Virus record (IMG/VR): IMGVR_UViG_3300030616_000001
Span: 1-64,000 of that record
Length of the DNA stretch: 64,000 nucleotides
Direction: 5' to 3' (one strand)
Source of the DNA: a virus
Each line of letters begins with the position of its first letter. Within the stretch, counting starts at the first letter, position 1. A model generated the notes under the pieces. The model had not been told where the DNA came from. It was given only the letters and a program-made list of their open reading frames with translations, and did not search any database. Positions 1-10,559 of the stretch are shown one piece after another. The translations under genes were made by a program, and so were the position numbers.

Positions 1-1408
1 GATACGTGACTTGCGGCAGGTAGTTTCCGCCGAGCACACCGCTGACGTGAAGGCCGTTGTGGAGACAGAGCGGCTTGATGTCGTGGTACCACCGCTGGCT
101 GACCAGCTCGGACGATGCGCGCTCGGTGCGGTCGTTGAGGTGGCCGTAGATCGCGGTGAGAACCGCCATGACGTAAGACGCGCCGATGGACTCGGGGGAA
201 CCGGCGATCGGCTCGGTGCCGAGGTAGTTGGCGCCGGCCGTACCCGCGCCCTGCCCCATCAGGGTCTGGACGATGTTGTTCAGGGCACCGTACACGTCGC
301 CGACGGCGCCGACAGGCCACCCCGCGGCGGTCCATGCCGTGGTGAGGAAGCCGACCAGGGCGGCACCAAGGGTGGGCAACGCGCCGTTGGCCAGATCGTC
401 CACCACTTCCTGGAGGGCGGCCTGGACGTCCGTGGCCCCGATGAAGCCGTAGGGCGTGAACGTGATCGCCGACGCAGGGTGCTGTGGCGGCGCACCGCCG
501 ATGTGGTTGTCCAGATCGGTGGCGATGCTCATCAGCACAGACTGGAGATTGGCCGCGACCCACGGCGTGACGAACGGGAACGGACCGGAATCGGTGACCC
601 CGATCACATCCGACCCCGACGGCCCCGGGCCAGCCTGGGCCAGGTCGAACACGATCGCGTCGAGCGCGGTCTGGATCGTGGTCGGCGGCGGCGCTGGTCC
701 CAGGACTGGGGCGGCACCGAACCACGTCGAGGTGAACGTGAACGGCAACGCGCCGCCCCACGCATCGATCAGGGCCAGCATGTCCTCGGTCGCTTCCTTG
801 GAAGTGCCGTAGACCCGATCCCCGATGGTGGCGCCGGCGAACCGCACCCAGTCCTCGCGGCGCGAGAAGTCCATGTCCGTGTTGAGGATCGCCGTGAACC
901 CCTGCTGGACCAGGATGTCCACGAGGAGGACTGCGTCGTTCATCAGGGGCGGGGGGACCGCACCCGGTCCTGTCGCCGCCTCGGCGCCGATCCGCACGAA
1001 GAACTCCGCGTCCTCGAGCTGCTTGGTGTAGACCACCACGTTGTTGCCGTCGAGCGCCGGCTCAGTGAGATCCCGCTCGAACCGGACGAAGATCGAGATG
1101 TACCGCCACCAGCCCGCGGTCGGCGGGTCGGTGTTGGTGCCGAACTCGTCCTGGCTGCAATCCACGACCGACAACGTGTCGGCGACGTAGATCCGCTGCC
1201 CCTCCGGGTCGTAGGCGACGCCAGGGCCGACCACGTCCACGTTCTTGTCCGGGGTAGGCGCGTGCTGTTGCGGATCCAGGCCGTCCAGGATGCCGAGCAT
1301 GTCCGTGTCCAGGGAGATGCCGTGCATCGCGTTCTGGACGCGATCGAAGGCCCAGTCCATCTGGCTCTGGGTCACGATCTGCTTGAAGTACCAGTCAAAG
1401 ATGTCCAT
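1..1408 (-). CDS. Tail fibre protein, N-terminal part (ORF runs off left edge)
   Basis: Not in ORF track because it has no stop in the window. ATG at 1408 (MDIFDWYFKQIVTQSQMDWAF...), frame read open to position 2. Follows the baseplate wedge genes and has fibre-like ATDVQAALQEVVDDL segments. Confidence 0.7.
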   Translation of the reverse strand, partial: MDIFDWYFKQIVTQSQMDWAFDRVQNAMHGISLDTDMLGILDGLDPQQHAPTPDKNVDVVGPGVAYDPEGQRIYVADTLSVVDCSQDEFGTNTDPPTAGWWRYISIFVRFERDLTEPALDGNNVVVYTKQLEDAEFFVRIGAEAATGPGAVPPPLMNDAVLLVDILVQQGFTAILNTDMDFSRREDWVRFAGATIGDRVYGTSKEATEDMLALIDAWGGALPFTFTSTWFGAAPVLGPAPPPTTIQTALDAIVFDLAQAGPGPSGSDVIGVTDSGPFPFVTPWVAANLQSVLMSIATDLDNHIGGAPPQHPASAITFTPYGFIGATDVQAALQEVVDDLANGALPTLGAALVGFLTTAWTAAGWPVGAVGDVYGALNNIVQTLMGQGAGTAGANYLGTEPIAGSPESIGASYVMAVLTAIYGHLNDRTERASSELVSQRWYHDIKPLCLHNGLHVSGVLGGNYLPQVTY

Positions 1409-1411
1409 CGC

Positions 1412-3793
1412 CTACTCCCCAAGCTCGGCGGAAACGTCGAGCTCGTCGATGCCGAGCATCCAGGCATCGGGCCACGGCAGCGGGTCCGCGGTTCGGATGT
1501 CTATCAGGTGCGTGTGAGCGGGTTTCATGTACTCCGCGACGCGCCGCACGATTGCCTGTTGCTCCGAGGTTAGCATGTTCTCTGTCTCTATGTCGAATGA
1601 GTAGAGGGTGTAGCTGTCCGACGGCGCCAGGACCGCGCCACCGGTCGAGCCGACCTCGGCCGTGTCGAACAGCAGGGCCGCGTTGACGGACCCTCCCGTG
1701 ACCTGAACCGACGCCTCCACTCCTGCCTTGTTGCTGTACACCGCGACCTGTCCGTGGTCCGTTCCGGTGGCCAACGTGATAGGAAGTCCCAAGATCCCCT
1801 GGACCACGCCTGCGCTTACCTGCAGGGAACCCAGGGCACCACGGACCACCGTCTCCATCGCCAACGCGCCACCGTCGTCGTACCCCACGACCTCTCCGGC
1901 CAGATCCTCGGTGACCCTCGCCGCGATCTCCGCCGCCGTGGCCGCGCCCGGTGTGGCGATGTCCTCTGTAGCGAACGTGATCGTGACCAACGGGCCGCCG
2001 TTGACCGACAGATCGAGTGTGTCCCCGGGAGAGATGGCGAACGGCTCCAGGTTGGTGCCCTCCACCACTGCTGGCTGGCCCGGGAACGTGGGATACGCGC
2101 CGACCTTGACCCCCTGGGCGACGATCACCGCCGCGACCTCGGCAGCGGTGACTGCGGTCGGATCAGCGAAGTCTCCAGGGACGAACGTGATCGTCTCCGG
2201 CGCGGTGCCGTCGGGCACGATCTCCAGCTGCCACGGCGCCCCGATCAGGGTGAAGTCCCACGTGTCCCAGGCCGCGCTCATGACCTCGGCGATGGCGCCG
2301 CTGCCCAACGCGTCCACTCCCAGAATCCAGCCGCCCGCGGCGTACTCGACGCACGTCACCACCTCGCCGAGCAGGAAGAACACGGTTTGCTCGATGCCCC
2401 ACGCCGTCCCCTTGGATTTGTAAATCTCGATCAGGATCCGCAGGAGCTTGCGCTGTTCAGTGGGCGTGAGGTCCAGCTCCGTCCACTCTGCGAACGGGTT
2501 GCCCATGTCGTACAGCATCGCCGCGATCTGCTCGTCCGTTGCCTTGTCCGGGTCCCACTGGTCCGTGAACCTGTCCACGTAGTACAGCATCCACCCCAGG
2601 ACCTCCTCGATGCAGTTGGAGGTGCGCTCGAGATCGCGCGTCGCATCCTCGATCCTGTTCTTGAGGGGCACCATGTGGCGCCAGTGGGAGAAGGCGCGGC
2701 CCTCAACAGGCTCGGGGGTGAAGCCGTCGAAGTCGGTGGTGTTGAACACCGGGTCCATCGCGTTGCCGTTGTCGTCCTCGATCGCGGCGCCGGCGGTGAT
2801 CTGGTAGCGGCAGCCAGGCGTCTGCTCCCAGTTGACGGTGATGTCCCACTGGGTCGCCGGGGTGACCTGGCGCCACGCGGGACCGGTGATCGTCGGCGTG
2901 TGGCCGTACAGGAAGTGGCCGTACAAGCTGCCACCGTACCCGCCGCTGAGGACGGCAGCGATATCGATCAGCTGCCAGTACGTGGAGTCGCTCTCCTGGA
3001 ACGCGATCTGGCCGATTTCCTCGGAGGTGAACCCGGTCGCGGCGAGACGAGCCGCCTCGTCCGCGTAGGTCCACTCCACGGGGATCGTCAGGGCCGGCGC
3101 GTCGGCGGCCGCTATGGCGACGGCCTCCAGGGTTACCCCAGGCAGAGGATCCACGTTCCACCGCTGGAACGCGGCGGTCCAGTTGGCCAGATCCAGCACG
3201 GACCCGGCGCCGGTCGTGGCCATGTCGTCGTCGAAGGTGACCCGCACCGTGTGCGGATCGATCCCCTCCGCCGCGATCAGGGACGGCGGCGTCAGGTCCT
3301 CGATGTAGAACACATACTGGAACGACGTGACCACCGGTCCGGGCGGTGAGTGCCCCCACGGGAAGTGCCCCCACGGACCGTGGCCCCAGCCGCCTGTGGC
3401 GGTCAAGTCCACCTGGACGTTGACTTCCTGTTCCGACTCGAAAACCAGTGGCGCGTGGGACGCCGCGACCTTCCAGAACGCGAACGGCGAGGCGATTGTG
3501 TGTGTCGTGACCGTGCCCGACCACGGCGCGGTCCACGTGGGAACGCCGCCGCTGTAGGACAGGACCGGGTCCCCCTCGATGGTGACGTCGAAGTCCGGCG
3601 CGGGCAAGGTCGCGTCCGTGGGATCCCCGTCCAGGTCCACCAGGACGAACTCCACCTCGGTGTCGGCGCCGATCCCTTGCTCGGACGGCTGCGGATCCCG
3701 CTGGATCAGGACGTAGCGGCCAGTCGCCGACACCTCGACCGCGGCAAGGTCGATGCCGAGAGTCGCAAGCAGTTGTTCGACGGTCAGCGCCAT
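1412..3793 (-). CDS. Baseplate wedge / P2 gpI (T4 gp7)-like protein with Ig-like and inserted decoration domains
   Basis: WDPDKA...RKLLRILIEIYKSKGT and C-terminal YMKPAHTH are tail-protein-I-type motifs. N-terminal half is beta-rich (VRVTFDDDM). Confidence 0.75.
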   Translation of the reverse strand: MALTVEQLLATLGIDLAAVEVSATGRYVLIQRDPQPSEQGIGADTEVEFVLVDLDGDPTDATLPAPDFDVTIEGDPVLSYSGGVPTWTAPWSGTVTTHTIASPFAFWKVAASHAPLVFESEQEVNVQVDLTATGGWGHGPWGHFPWGHSPPGPVVTSFQYVFYIEDLTPPSLIAAEGIDPHTVRVTFDDDMATTGAGSVLDLANWTAAFQRWNVDPLPGVTLEAVAIAAADAPALTIPVEWTYADEAARLAATGFTSEEIGQIAFQESDSTYWQLIDIAAVLSGGYGGSLYGHFLYGHTPTITGPAWRQVTPATQWDITVNWEQTPGCRYQITAGAAIEDDNGNAMDPVFNTTDFDGFTPEPVEGRAFSHWRHMVPLKNRIEDATRDLERTSNCIEEVLGWMLYYVDRFTDQWDPDKATDEQIAAMLYDMGNPFAEWTELDLTPTEQRKLLRILIEIYKSKGTAWGIEQTVFFLLGEVVTCVEYAAGGWILGVDALGSGAIAEVMSAAWDTWDFTLIGAPWQLEIVPDGTAPETITFVPGDFADPTAVTAAEVAAVIVAQGVKVGAYPTFPGQPAVVEGTNLEPFAISPGDTLDLSVNGGPLVTITFATEDIATPGAATAAEIAARVTEDLAGEVVGYDDGGALAMETVVRGALGSLQVSAGVVQGILGLPITLATGTDHGQVAVYSNKAGVEASVQVTGGSVNAALLFDTAEVGSTGGAVLAPSDSYTLYSFDIETENMLTSEQQAIVRRVAEYMKPAHTHLIDIRTADPLPWPDAWMLGIDELDVSAELGE

Positions 3794-3802
3794 TCCCTAC
3801 TC

Positions 3803-5002
3803 CTACCTGGTGAAGTCGATCCACGCCTCGTCCACCACTGCCGTGGCGTGCGTGTTCTCCACCGAGATGTTGCCGTTGGCGACGAGGCGCCGCACCCGGA
3901 CCTGCGCCGGATCGAAGTCCTCCGTGTACTCGAATCCAGCGTCGGTGATCTTCAGGCCGTACGCGACAAGGCGCACCGTCGGTCCCAACTGGAGAACCGT
4001 ACCGTGCGCCAATGGACCGCTGACGTAGAGCCGCTCCACCGTGCCGAAGATCCCCCCGTGTTGCTCCGGCGACTTGTAGTGCAGTGCGTACGACGGCGTC
4101 TCCCAGCCGCCGTGCGTCATGTTCATCAGCTTGTCGTTGTTCGTCCAATCCCGATCCAGGCCGAACCACCACTGCTCGAACACCGCAGAGTCGTTCTGCA
4201 CGTGACCGTTGCCGGCCCAGATGATCCACCCCATGACCCCGGGGCTGATCTCGGCGCCGACCAGTGTGATCTGGCCAGGCATCCCGTAGACGCGCATCCG
4301 CCGCCACGGCGCGGGGAAGTCCACGAAGAACTGGCCGTAGATTTCCGCGCTGGTTATGGCGTAGTTGGTGTCCAGGATCAGGTATTGTGTGCCGGATCCG
4401 CTGCACGACACGTGGAACACGAGTCCCGGTGTCGGCGCGGGCAACGTCACCACGTCCCCGTTGGCCGCGATGATCGACTTGCCGTTGTCGGCGACCGCGA
4501 TTGCGCCACCACCGCTGAGATCCCTCGAACCAGTGGCCAGGAACCCGGGCATCGCAGTGGCCTCGCGGCACAACGGCATGAGCTCGGCGCCGTTGCGCCA
4601 AACGATGGGGAGGCCGCCAATCGGCATGTTCCACGGAGCGCCGCCGTGGAAGGACCCACCTGCGACGTGGCTGGACTGAATCGGCCGCGTCCACGCCCCG
4701 TCAATGGATATGCCCCACACACGACCGTCGGTGTACCCGCTCGAGTTGCCCGCCGCCACCGTGACCGTGCCGCCCATCAGCTCGAAGTAGATCGTGAAGT
4801 CGTTCCAGTACAGGACGTCCCCGACGAGGTGGAACGCGGCCGCTCTGTAGTCCACCGCGGCGCCGAGGGCGTCCACGACCAGCAACGCCTGCTCCAGGCT
4901 GTCGATGAAGTTGGTGTCCCAGTAAGTCCACCACGGATCGACGTTCTCCTTGGGATACTGGATCTCAAAGATCGGGCTGCTTTTGAGGTTCGGATCGGCC
5001 AT
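3803..5002 (-). CDS. Tail/baseplate-associated structural protein (399 aa)
   Basis: Start reassigned to ATG 5002 (MADPNLKSSPIFEIQYPKENVDPWW) after an AGGAG RBS. N-terminus is paralogous to the upstream 150-aa gene. Confidence 0.6.
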   Translation of the reverse strand: MADPNLKSSPIFEIQYPKENVDPWWTYWDTNFIDSLEQALLVVDALGAAVDYRAAAFHLVGDVLYWNDFTIYFELMGGTVTVAAGNSSGYTDGRVWGISIDGAWTRPIQSSHVAGGSFHGGAPWNMPIGGLPIVWRNGAELMPLCREATAMPGFLATGSRDLSGGGAIAVADNGKSIIAANGDVVTLPAPTPGLVFHVSCSGSGTQYLILDTNYAITSAEIYGQFFVDFPAPWRRMRVYGMPGQITLVGAEISPGVMGWIIWAGNGHVQNDSAVFEQWWFGLDRDWTNNDKLMNMTHGGWETPSYALHYKSPEQHGGIFGTVERLYVSGPLAHGTVLQLGPTVRLVAYGLKITDAGFEYTEDFDPAQVRVRRLVANGNISVENTHATAVVDEAWIDFTR

Positions 5003-5012
5003 CGGTGTTCTC

Positions 5013-5465
5013 CTATCCACGCATCGCGTCGTTGAGCCAGGCGAACTTGCCGCCGAGCACCCGCCCCAAGACAACCACGTCAGTGTCCGGGGAGAAAGAC
5101 GCGCCGGCCACGAGCGTCCCGGTCTGCGCACCATCGACGGGCCAGGCCGTGACCACGAACCACACGTAGTCCCCATCCGTCACCGGGACGGACTGGCCGT
5201 CGGCGAAGGTGATCGTGCCGCCGGAGGGCGAACTGACCACGACGTCTCCCATCATGACGTCGAACGAGTCGGCCCTGTCGTAGTCCCAGTAGCCTGCGCT
5301 CAGCAACGGATCCTTGTGCAGAGTGGGCCGCTCCAGGGCGGCGCACAGTGCCTTGTCCAGTGTCTCCATCCTGCCCGCGGCGCCGTCCTCGATTCCCCAC
5401 CAATCGTCGTCGTTCTCGTCGGGGTACGGGATGGCGAGGCGCGTCGTTGTCTTCGGTGTGCCCAT
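5013..5465 (-). CDS. Small tail-associated structural protein
   Basis: 150 aa with TTRLAIPYPDENDDDWW N-terminus, within the baseplate/fibre cluster. Confidence 0.6.
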   Translation of the reverse strand: MGTPKTTTRLAIPYPDENDDDWWGIEDGAAGRMETLDKALCAALERPTLHKDPLLSAGYWDYDRADSFDVMMGDVVVSSPSGGTITFADGQSVPVTDGDYVWFVVTAWPVDGAQTGTLVAGASFSPDTDVVVLGRVLGGKFAWLNDAMRG

Positions 5466-5466
5466 C

Positions 5467-6633
5467 TCAAGCCTCCTGGAGGGTCAGGCGGAACCCAACC
5501 TCGCACGCGCCCGCCAGGTGGCGGACCGGCGCCTTGAAGTCTGTCCATCGCCGCTGCTCGTCCGGGGCGATCACGCGCTCCGCGTACACCTCGGCGTTGA
5601 TGATGATCTGCATCAGCCACTCGTAGTCAGTTGGCGTCGGCATCGACGTGCACGCGGCGTAGGACGCGGCAATCTCGGCCGGCGTCAGGGTCGTGTCGAT
5701 CATCCGCATCTCGTCGATCGCGCCCCACAGCAACGGGGCCGCCGCGGTAATCGGTGTCGCCGGCGCAGGAGCCAACGGGGAGTTGCCCATCACGGCGAAC
5801 GGCGTATAGGGAACGGGGTTGTCGTTGATGTACATGAGCAAGCGATCCCAGGTGAACGCGAACCTGTTCCACGTGACCGTGATCAGGATCCACCCAGGGT
5901 TCGGCGTGTCGATGGTGTACCCCGGGAACACCGTCACCGAGGAACCGCCGAAGTGGTGGCCCACCATGAACTGCCACGAGTGTGCTCCTGGGCCGACCGC
6001 GCCGCTGAGTCCGAAGTGCCACCCCGCAGGCACCCCGTCCCTGCAATAGAACAGGTATGGATTGACTCCCCAGGACGTGGCGTGGGCCACCGCGTCGAAG
6101 TTGAGCCAGAACTGGGCCGTGTAGTTGTTCAGCGGCGAGGGCGCGAACCACTGGGGCGTGTTGACTGCGCCGAGTCCAGCCGTGACCGACCCGACCGGGA
6201 TCACGCGGCAACGCGTTCCCATCGGCGAGTAGGTTTCCACGCCGACCTCGATGTCCCCGACGTTGTCCAGGTCGAACGCGCCGGCGACGAGATTGCGAGC
6301 CGGGTCGAGTCCGATGTCGTAGTTGAAGTGCCAAAGCTCATCGCCGCTCGGCGGCGCCGGGAACCCAGGGGCGGGCTGTGCTTGCCCCATGATCGTGCCG
6401 ATGGTGTCCATCGTGGCCGCGACAAGATCCCAGTCGGACAGGTCCACGATCTGCTTGATCTCGGAGAAGTCGCCGGGGACAAGCAGCGTCGGGTTGCCGC
6501 CGGACAGCACTGCCGACTCGGGCACGTCCGCTCCGCCGAGAATGAAGACGTGCGCCCCGTCGGGCGGATCGAATCCCTGGGGCTGGCACCGCCCCTGCGC
6601 CGATCCGCGCAGCCTGTCGAACCACGTCGTCAT
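5467..6633 (-). CDS. LamG/concanavalin-like jelly-roll tail protein
   Basis: YTAQFWLNF...WILITVTW...LLMYIND...GAIDEMRMIDTTLTPAEI is the LamG-like pattern. Confidence 0.7.
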   Translation of the reverse strand: MTTWFDRLRGSAQGRCQPQGFDPPDGAHVFILGGADVPESAVLSGGNPTLLVPGDFSEIKQIVDLSDWDLVAATMDTIGTIMGQAQPAPGFPAPPSGDELWHFNYDIGLDPARNLVAGAFDLDNVGDIEVGVETYSPMGTRCRVIPVGSVTAGLGAVNTPQWFAPSPLNNYTAQFWLNFDAVAHATSWGVNPYLFYCRDGVPAGWHFGLSGAVGPGAHSWQFMVGHHFGGSSVTVFPGYTIDTPNPGWILITVTWNRFAFTWDRLLMYINDNPVPYTPFAVMGNSPLAPAPATPITAAAPLLWGAIDEMRMIDTTLTPAEIAASYAACTSMPTPTDYEWLMQIIINAEVYAERVIAPDEQRRWTDFKAPVRHLAGACEVGFRLTLQEA

Positions 6634-7382
6634 CAGGTCACCCGGTATGCCTCGATCGCGTCGAACGCGCCGCGGCGGTTCAACGATTCAGTCACCTGGA
6701 ACGCGAAGCCCGCGTACCCACCCCACAGGGGCGGCGACCCGGTGAGGATCTGGAGCACGTCGTCCACGACGCCGCCGCTTGGGAACCCGGGGATGTTCTG
6801 CCAGTACGGGGTGTCCCCGACCGGATGGGCCGCGAGATCGTTCTCGGACGCCTTGAGCAGCACGTCCCCGTTCGGCTCCACGATGGCGTCCAGGCGCAGG
6901 TGGTGCCACAACCCGTCGCCCATCGCGTACTGGGACGCGGATCGGGCCAGGATCGTGACGTTCTCCTCGTCCGGGACCAGGCCGCTCACCAGCTGCGCCT
7001 TGGCCAGCACGATCTCGTATGGATCGGCGTCGGACAGGCCCAGGATGTACGCGTAGTCGTTGACCGACACCGGCGCACCCTGGCCGCAGAAGAACAGCAT
7101 CGGGGACATGCCCGTGTTGTTCGGCGAGCTCACCCGCTTGACGCAGCCGCGGATCGAACCGCCGCCGTCGGGATCGGACAGGAGGCCGCCCGTGGGAGTG
7201 AACCCAGTCAGGTCGACGTACTTGCCGGCGGCGCCGGTCACCGTCGCATCGAGGGAGTTGAACCCGTACACGAAGTCGTTGGTGATGCTGCTGTTGGGCC
7301 GGTCGATCCCGTTGGTCACGCCGCGTGCAAGCGTGGCCGTGCTCAGCGCCCCACCGATGTCTTTCCAGTCAAGCTGACCCAT
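6633..7382 (-). CDS. Virion structural protein, probable lectin-like beta sandwich
   Basis: 249 aa, beta-rich, WHHLRLDAIV motif. TGATG overlap with the next gene. Confidence 0.55.
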   Translation of the reverse strand: MGQLDWKDIGGALSTATLARGVTNGIDRPNSSITNDFVYGFNSLDATVTGAAGKYVDLTGFTPTGGLLSDPDGGGSIRGCVKRVSSPNNTGMSPMLFFCGQGAPVSVNDYAYILGLSDADPYEIVLAKAQLVSGLVPDEENVTILARSASQYAMGDGLWHHLRLDAIVEPNGDVLLKASENDLAAHPVGDTPYWQNIPGFPSGGVVDDVLQILTGSPPLWGGYAGFAFQVTESLNRRGAFDAIEAYRVT

Positions 7383-7391
7383 CTGGTCCTC

Positions 7392-10300
7392 CTACGTCGG
7401 GAACGGCTCGTCGGGCCATTCCGCGGCCTCAAACTGCTCCAGCGGTTCGGTGCCGCCGTCGAACAGGGCTTGCGTCAGGGACACCGATCCCAGATCGGGA
7501 ATCCACACAGCGGTCGGCGCGACCCAGCCCCGCAGGGTGAATCGCTCCAGGATCGTCGGATCCGGCACCGCCGTGTCGAAGGTGGCCTGGTTCATGTCGT
7601 TCTCCTTGATCCACAACCCCACCACAGGATCAAGAAGCACGGCGAAAGAGTTGGCGCTCCACGAGTCGATCAGGAATCGGTCCGTGGTGGCGACACCGGC
7701 CGGGAGCGCCGCCGGCGGATACAGCCACGCCGGGATCCCGACTCCCGTCGCGTAACCGTTGGGGCTGAACGACCGCAGACCGATCGACTCGCGCATGTCG
7801 CGGAACCTGTCGGACTCGAGCGCGGCGAAGGCCCACCAAATGCCGACCAGGGACACCCCGTCCCACCCGAACGTCAGCCCCTCCTCGGCGCCTTCCGACC
7901 ACGACCCGAACTGCAACCCCAGTCCGCTCATGTGGAGCGCGACCGCGGCGTTGAGGTCCGCGACCAGGGTGGCGACGTCCGGGTAGTCGTTGCTCGGCAG
8001 CGAGAACATCGCCGGGCCGGCGGCGTCGGTGATGATCACGATCTGGTTCTCGTTGGGCGGGATCTCGAGCGGGAACGTGATCGGCGCACCCACCATGACA
8101 CCGTTTGGCGCGGTATCGGGACACCACCGCTGGCCGCCGCTGGTGGACAGTGGATCGTTGCCCCACGCCTCCTCAAAGTCCTCGGTGCAGATCGGATCCA
8201 GGTTGGTGCCGAAGACGTGGTCATACCACCCGTCGAACCCAGTCGGACCGCTGTAGGGGCCGAGCACGTCCTCGCACGGCCTGATCAGGTTGTACGAGTC
8301 GAACCACGGCAGGCCGGTGTAGGTCGGCGCGTCCCCGGGCGGGAAGCCCCACAGCGCGAAGATTTCCTGCGTCGTCTCGTAGGTGCCGACCCCCTCGTTG
8401 AACAGGGCCGCGGCAAGCAACGCGCCCGGGAGATCCGCGACGGCCCCCTGGTTCTCGCCCACCGCCGACTCGGTCCACGTGATCGGGCTGTGGTTGGTCA
8501 GGATGTAGTTTCTGTTGACATCGATCTGCCACGCGGCCTTGCCCACGTCGTCCGCCGTGAAGGGACCAGCGGCGAGCCGGGCCGTCTCGTCGGCGAACGC
8601 CCAGGAGTACGCCCGCAGCCATCCACCCTCGAACCCTTCTCGGCCGTACCGGTACGGTGCCAGATCGGCGCGGTATGCGCAGAAATCGGCCCACCAGCCC
8701 ACGTCCTGGAACGACTGCCACTCCCACCCCTCGGCCTCACCGGGGCGGCCCGAGCTCGCGGCCGTCTCGAACGACGGGTTGTTGAACCCACCGTCCCCGT
8801 CCGTGTCGAACGCGTGGCGGATGTCCGTGTCGGTGGCCGGCTCGTAGAAGGTGGCGCCGCCGAACCAGTGGCCCAGGAACGACTTGCGGCCAGCCACCGG
8901 GTTGCCGGTTCCGATGGTGCCGACCCAGGTCGAGCCGATGAACAGGGCCGGGAACACCAGGGTGGCCACCGTCGCGCCATCCACGACGATCCGCAACTCC
9001 AGGTTGTCCCGGTTGATCAGGTAGCCGAAGTTCCCGGTCCAGCTGAACCCAAGGTCCACGACGCGCCCCTCGTACTCGTCGAACCGCAACGGCGCGACCA
9101 GCTCGAGGAAGGACCCGGCGGCGTTGTCCCAGTATTTGAGAACAAGCTCGCCGCCGTTGGCGTCCCGCCACGTCATGCCGATCCCGTTGTACGTGCCCGA
9201 CGGAGGGGCGGTGCGGAAGCCGGCGAACCCGAACGACACGAGGCACCTCTCGTCACCCCAGGTCGCCATGTCCTTGAGCTTATACCTGCCGACGTAGGTG
9301 AACGGCAGCTGGGAGCCGAAGGCCATGTCGTCGGCTAGGCAAACCGGCACGTGCTTGCCCAGGGTGGGCGTGATCGTGATGATCTTGCGGTCCTCGATGG
9401 CGCTCATCGCCAGGACGGTGTCCTGGTTGAACTCCACACCCCATCCGCCGTCATCGTCGAAGTCGCGCACCTTCTCCGGCGCGTAGTTGGACGTGCCCTC
9501 GGGATAGTGGACCAGATCGATCACCGGGGTCCGCGTATAGACGGGACCAAGGTATGACGGGATCGGCGCGAGTCCCATCTCCTCGAGACGCGCCAGGTAC
9601 TCCCTGGCGTTGACCTCGTTGAGATCCAGGACCCACGGCTCGAACTGGGACACCGACACCTGGCGGAAGTACGTGTCCTGATACGGCGGCGGCGTGGGCA
9701 TCGCCCCCGGGAACACCTTTGTGGCGCCGTGGAACAGCTGCCCGCTGAGAAGAAGAAGGTCCTCGAGTCCTGGTGCGGCGTGGCTTTGCAGGTCCACCAC
9801 GTCGGTGCGCAGATCAACCCAGTCCGGGATCCCAGGGTCCCACGCCTGGGTCGTGACGGTCCACGTCGGCGGACCGCCGGTGATCAGAAGCCGCACCCTG
9901 CCAGCGTCTACACCGTCCCACGGGGTCAGGTCGCCGCCGGACACGATGAACGCGCTCGCGGGATCGTCCACCCACGCGCCCCGGTACTTCCAGGAGAGGT
10001 CGCCGAGGCGCTTGCCGTGGAGCGCGTACATGAGGTGATCCGCGGCCTGGTTCTTGCCATCGAACAGGGTCGCCACCAGACCAGTCCACGCACCTCTCGT
10101 GTCTGCCGCGCCACGGGTCGCACCATCGCCCCACCGCACCTGGAAGTCCACGTTGAGCACGTCCTGGGCTACACTGGCGATCCAGCCGCGCAGCGCCATC
10201 CTGAACCCGGTGTTGACGTAGCGGTAGTTCTCGGCGTTGTACGTGTCCGCGGCGTCGTCGGGCAGTGGTTCACCGTTGGCGGGATCCGCCACGAAGAACT

Positions 10301-10550
10301 CCATGTTCTCCGGCATGTACTGGTAGCCGCGCACCTGGAGGCCGCGCAACGGGTCCACCCCGTCCGCGATCTCGAGCTCCGCCGAGTACCCGATACCACT
10401 GAGGGCGGCGTACAGGACGGGCTGGATCCACTCACGGCAGAACAGGGGCCACCGCTCGTCGGCGCCGTCGATGACCAGTGGGCCGTCCGCCGACTTGACG
10501 AACAGGTCCACGTTCACCGAGGGGTCCCACCTGTTAATCGGCCGCGCCAC
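7392..10550 (-). CDS. Large baseplate-associated protein (1052 aa), multidomain with LamG-like segment
   Basis: Directly downstream of baseplate J. Contains LELRIVVDGATV (LamG-like), FNNPSFE and repeated E-x-F-E-x-x-W motifs. Confidence 0.55.
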   Translation of the reverse strand: MARPINRWDPSVNVDLFVKSADGPLVIDGADERWPLFCREWIQPVLYAALSGIGYSAELEIADGVDPLRGLQVRGYQYMPENMEFFVADPANGEPLPDDAADTYNAENYRYVNTGFRMALRGWIASVAQDVLNVDFQVRWGDGATRGAADTRGAWTGLVATLFDGKNQAADHLMYALHGKRLGDLSWKYRGAWVDDPASAFIVSGGDLTPWDGVDAGRVRLLITGGPPTWTVTTQAWDPGIPDWVDLRTDVVDLQSHAAPGLEDLLLLSGQLFHGATKVFPGAMPTPPPYQDTYFRQVSVSQFEPWVLDLNEVNAREYLARLEEMGLAPIPSYLGPVYTRTPVIDLVHYPEGTSNYAPEKVRDFDDDGGWGVEFNQDTVLAMSAIEDRKIITITPTLGKHVPVCLADDMAFGSQLPFTYVGRYKLKDMATWGDERCLVSFGFAGFRTAPPSGTYNGIGMTWRDANGGELVLKYWDNAAGSFLELVAPLRFDEYEGRVVDLGFSWTGNFGYLINRDNLELRIVVDGATVATLVFPALFIGSTWVGTIGTGNPVAGRKSFLGHWFGGATFYEPATDTDIRHAFDTDGDGGFNNPSFETAASSGRPGEAEGWEWQSFQDVGWWADFCAYRADLAPYRYGREGFEGGWLRAYSWAFADETARLAAGPFTADDVGKAAWQIDVNRNYILTNHSPITWTESAVGENQGAVADLPGALLAAALFNEGVGTYETTQEIFALWGFPPGDAPTYTGLPWFDSYNLIRPCEDVLGPYSGPTGFDGWYDHVFGTNLDPICTEDFEEAWGNDPLSTSGGQRWCPDTAPNGVMVGAPITFPLEIPPNENQIVIITDAAGPAMFSLPSNDYPDVATLVADLNAAVALHMSGLGLQFGSWSEGAEEGLTFGWDGVSLVGIWWAFAALESDRFRDMRESIGLRSFSPNGYATGVGIPAWLYPPAALPAGVATTDRFLIDSWSANSFAVLLDPVVGLWIKENDMNQATFDTAVPDPTILERFTLRGWVAPTAVWIPDLGSVSLTQALFDGGTEPLEQFEAAEWPDEPFPT

Positions 10551-10559
10551 TTCGTCCTC

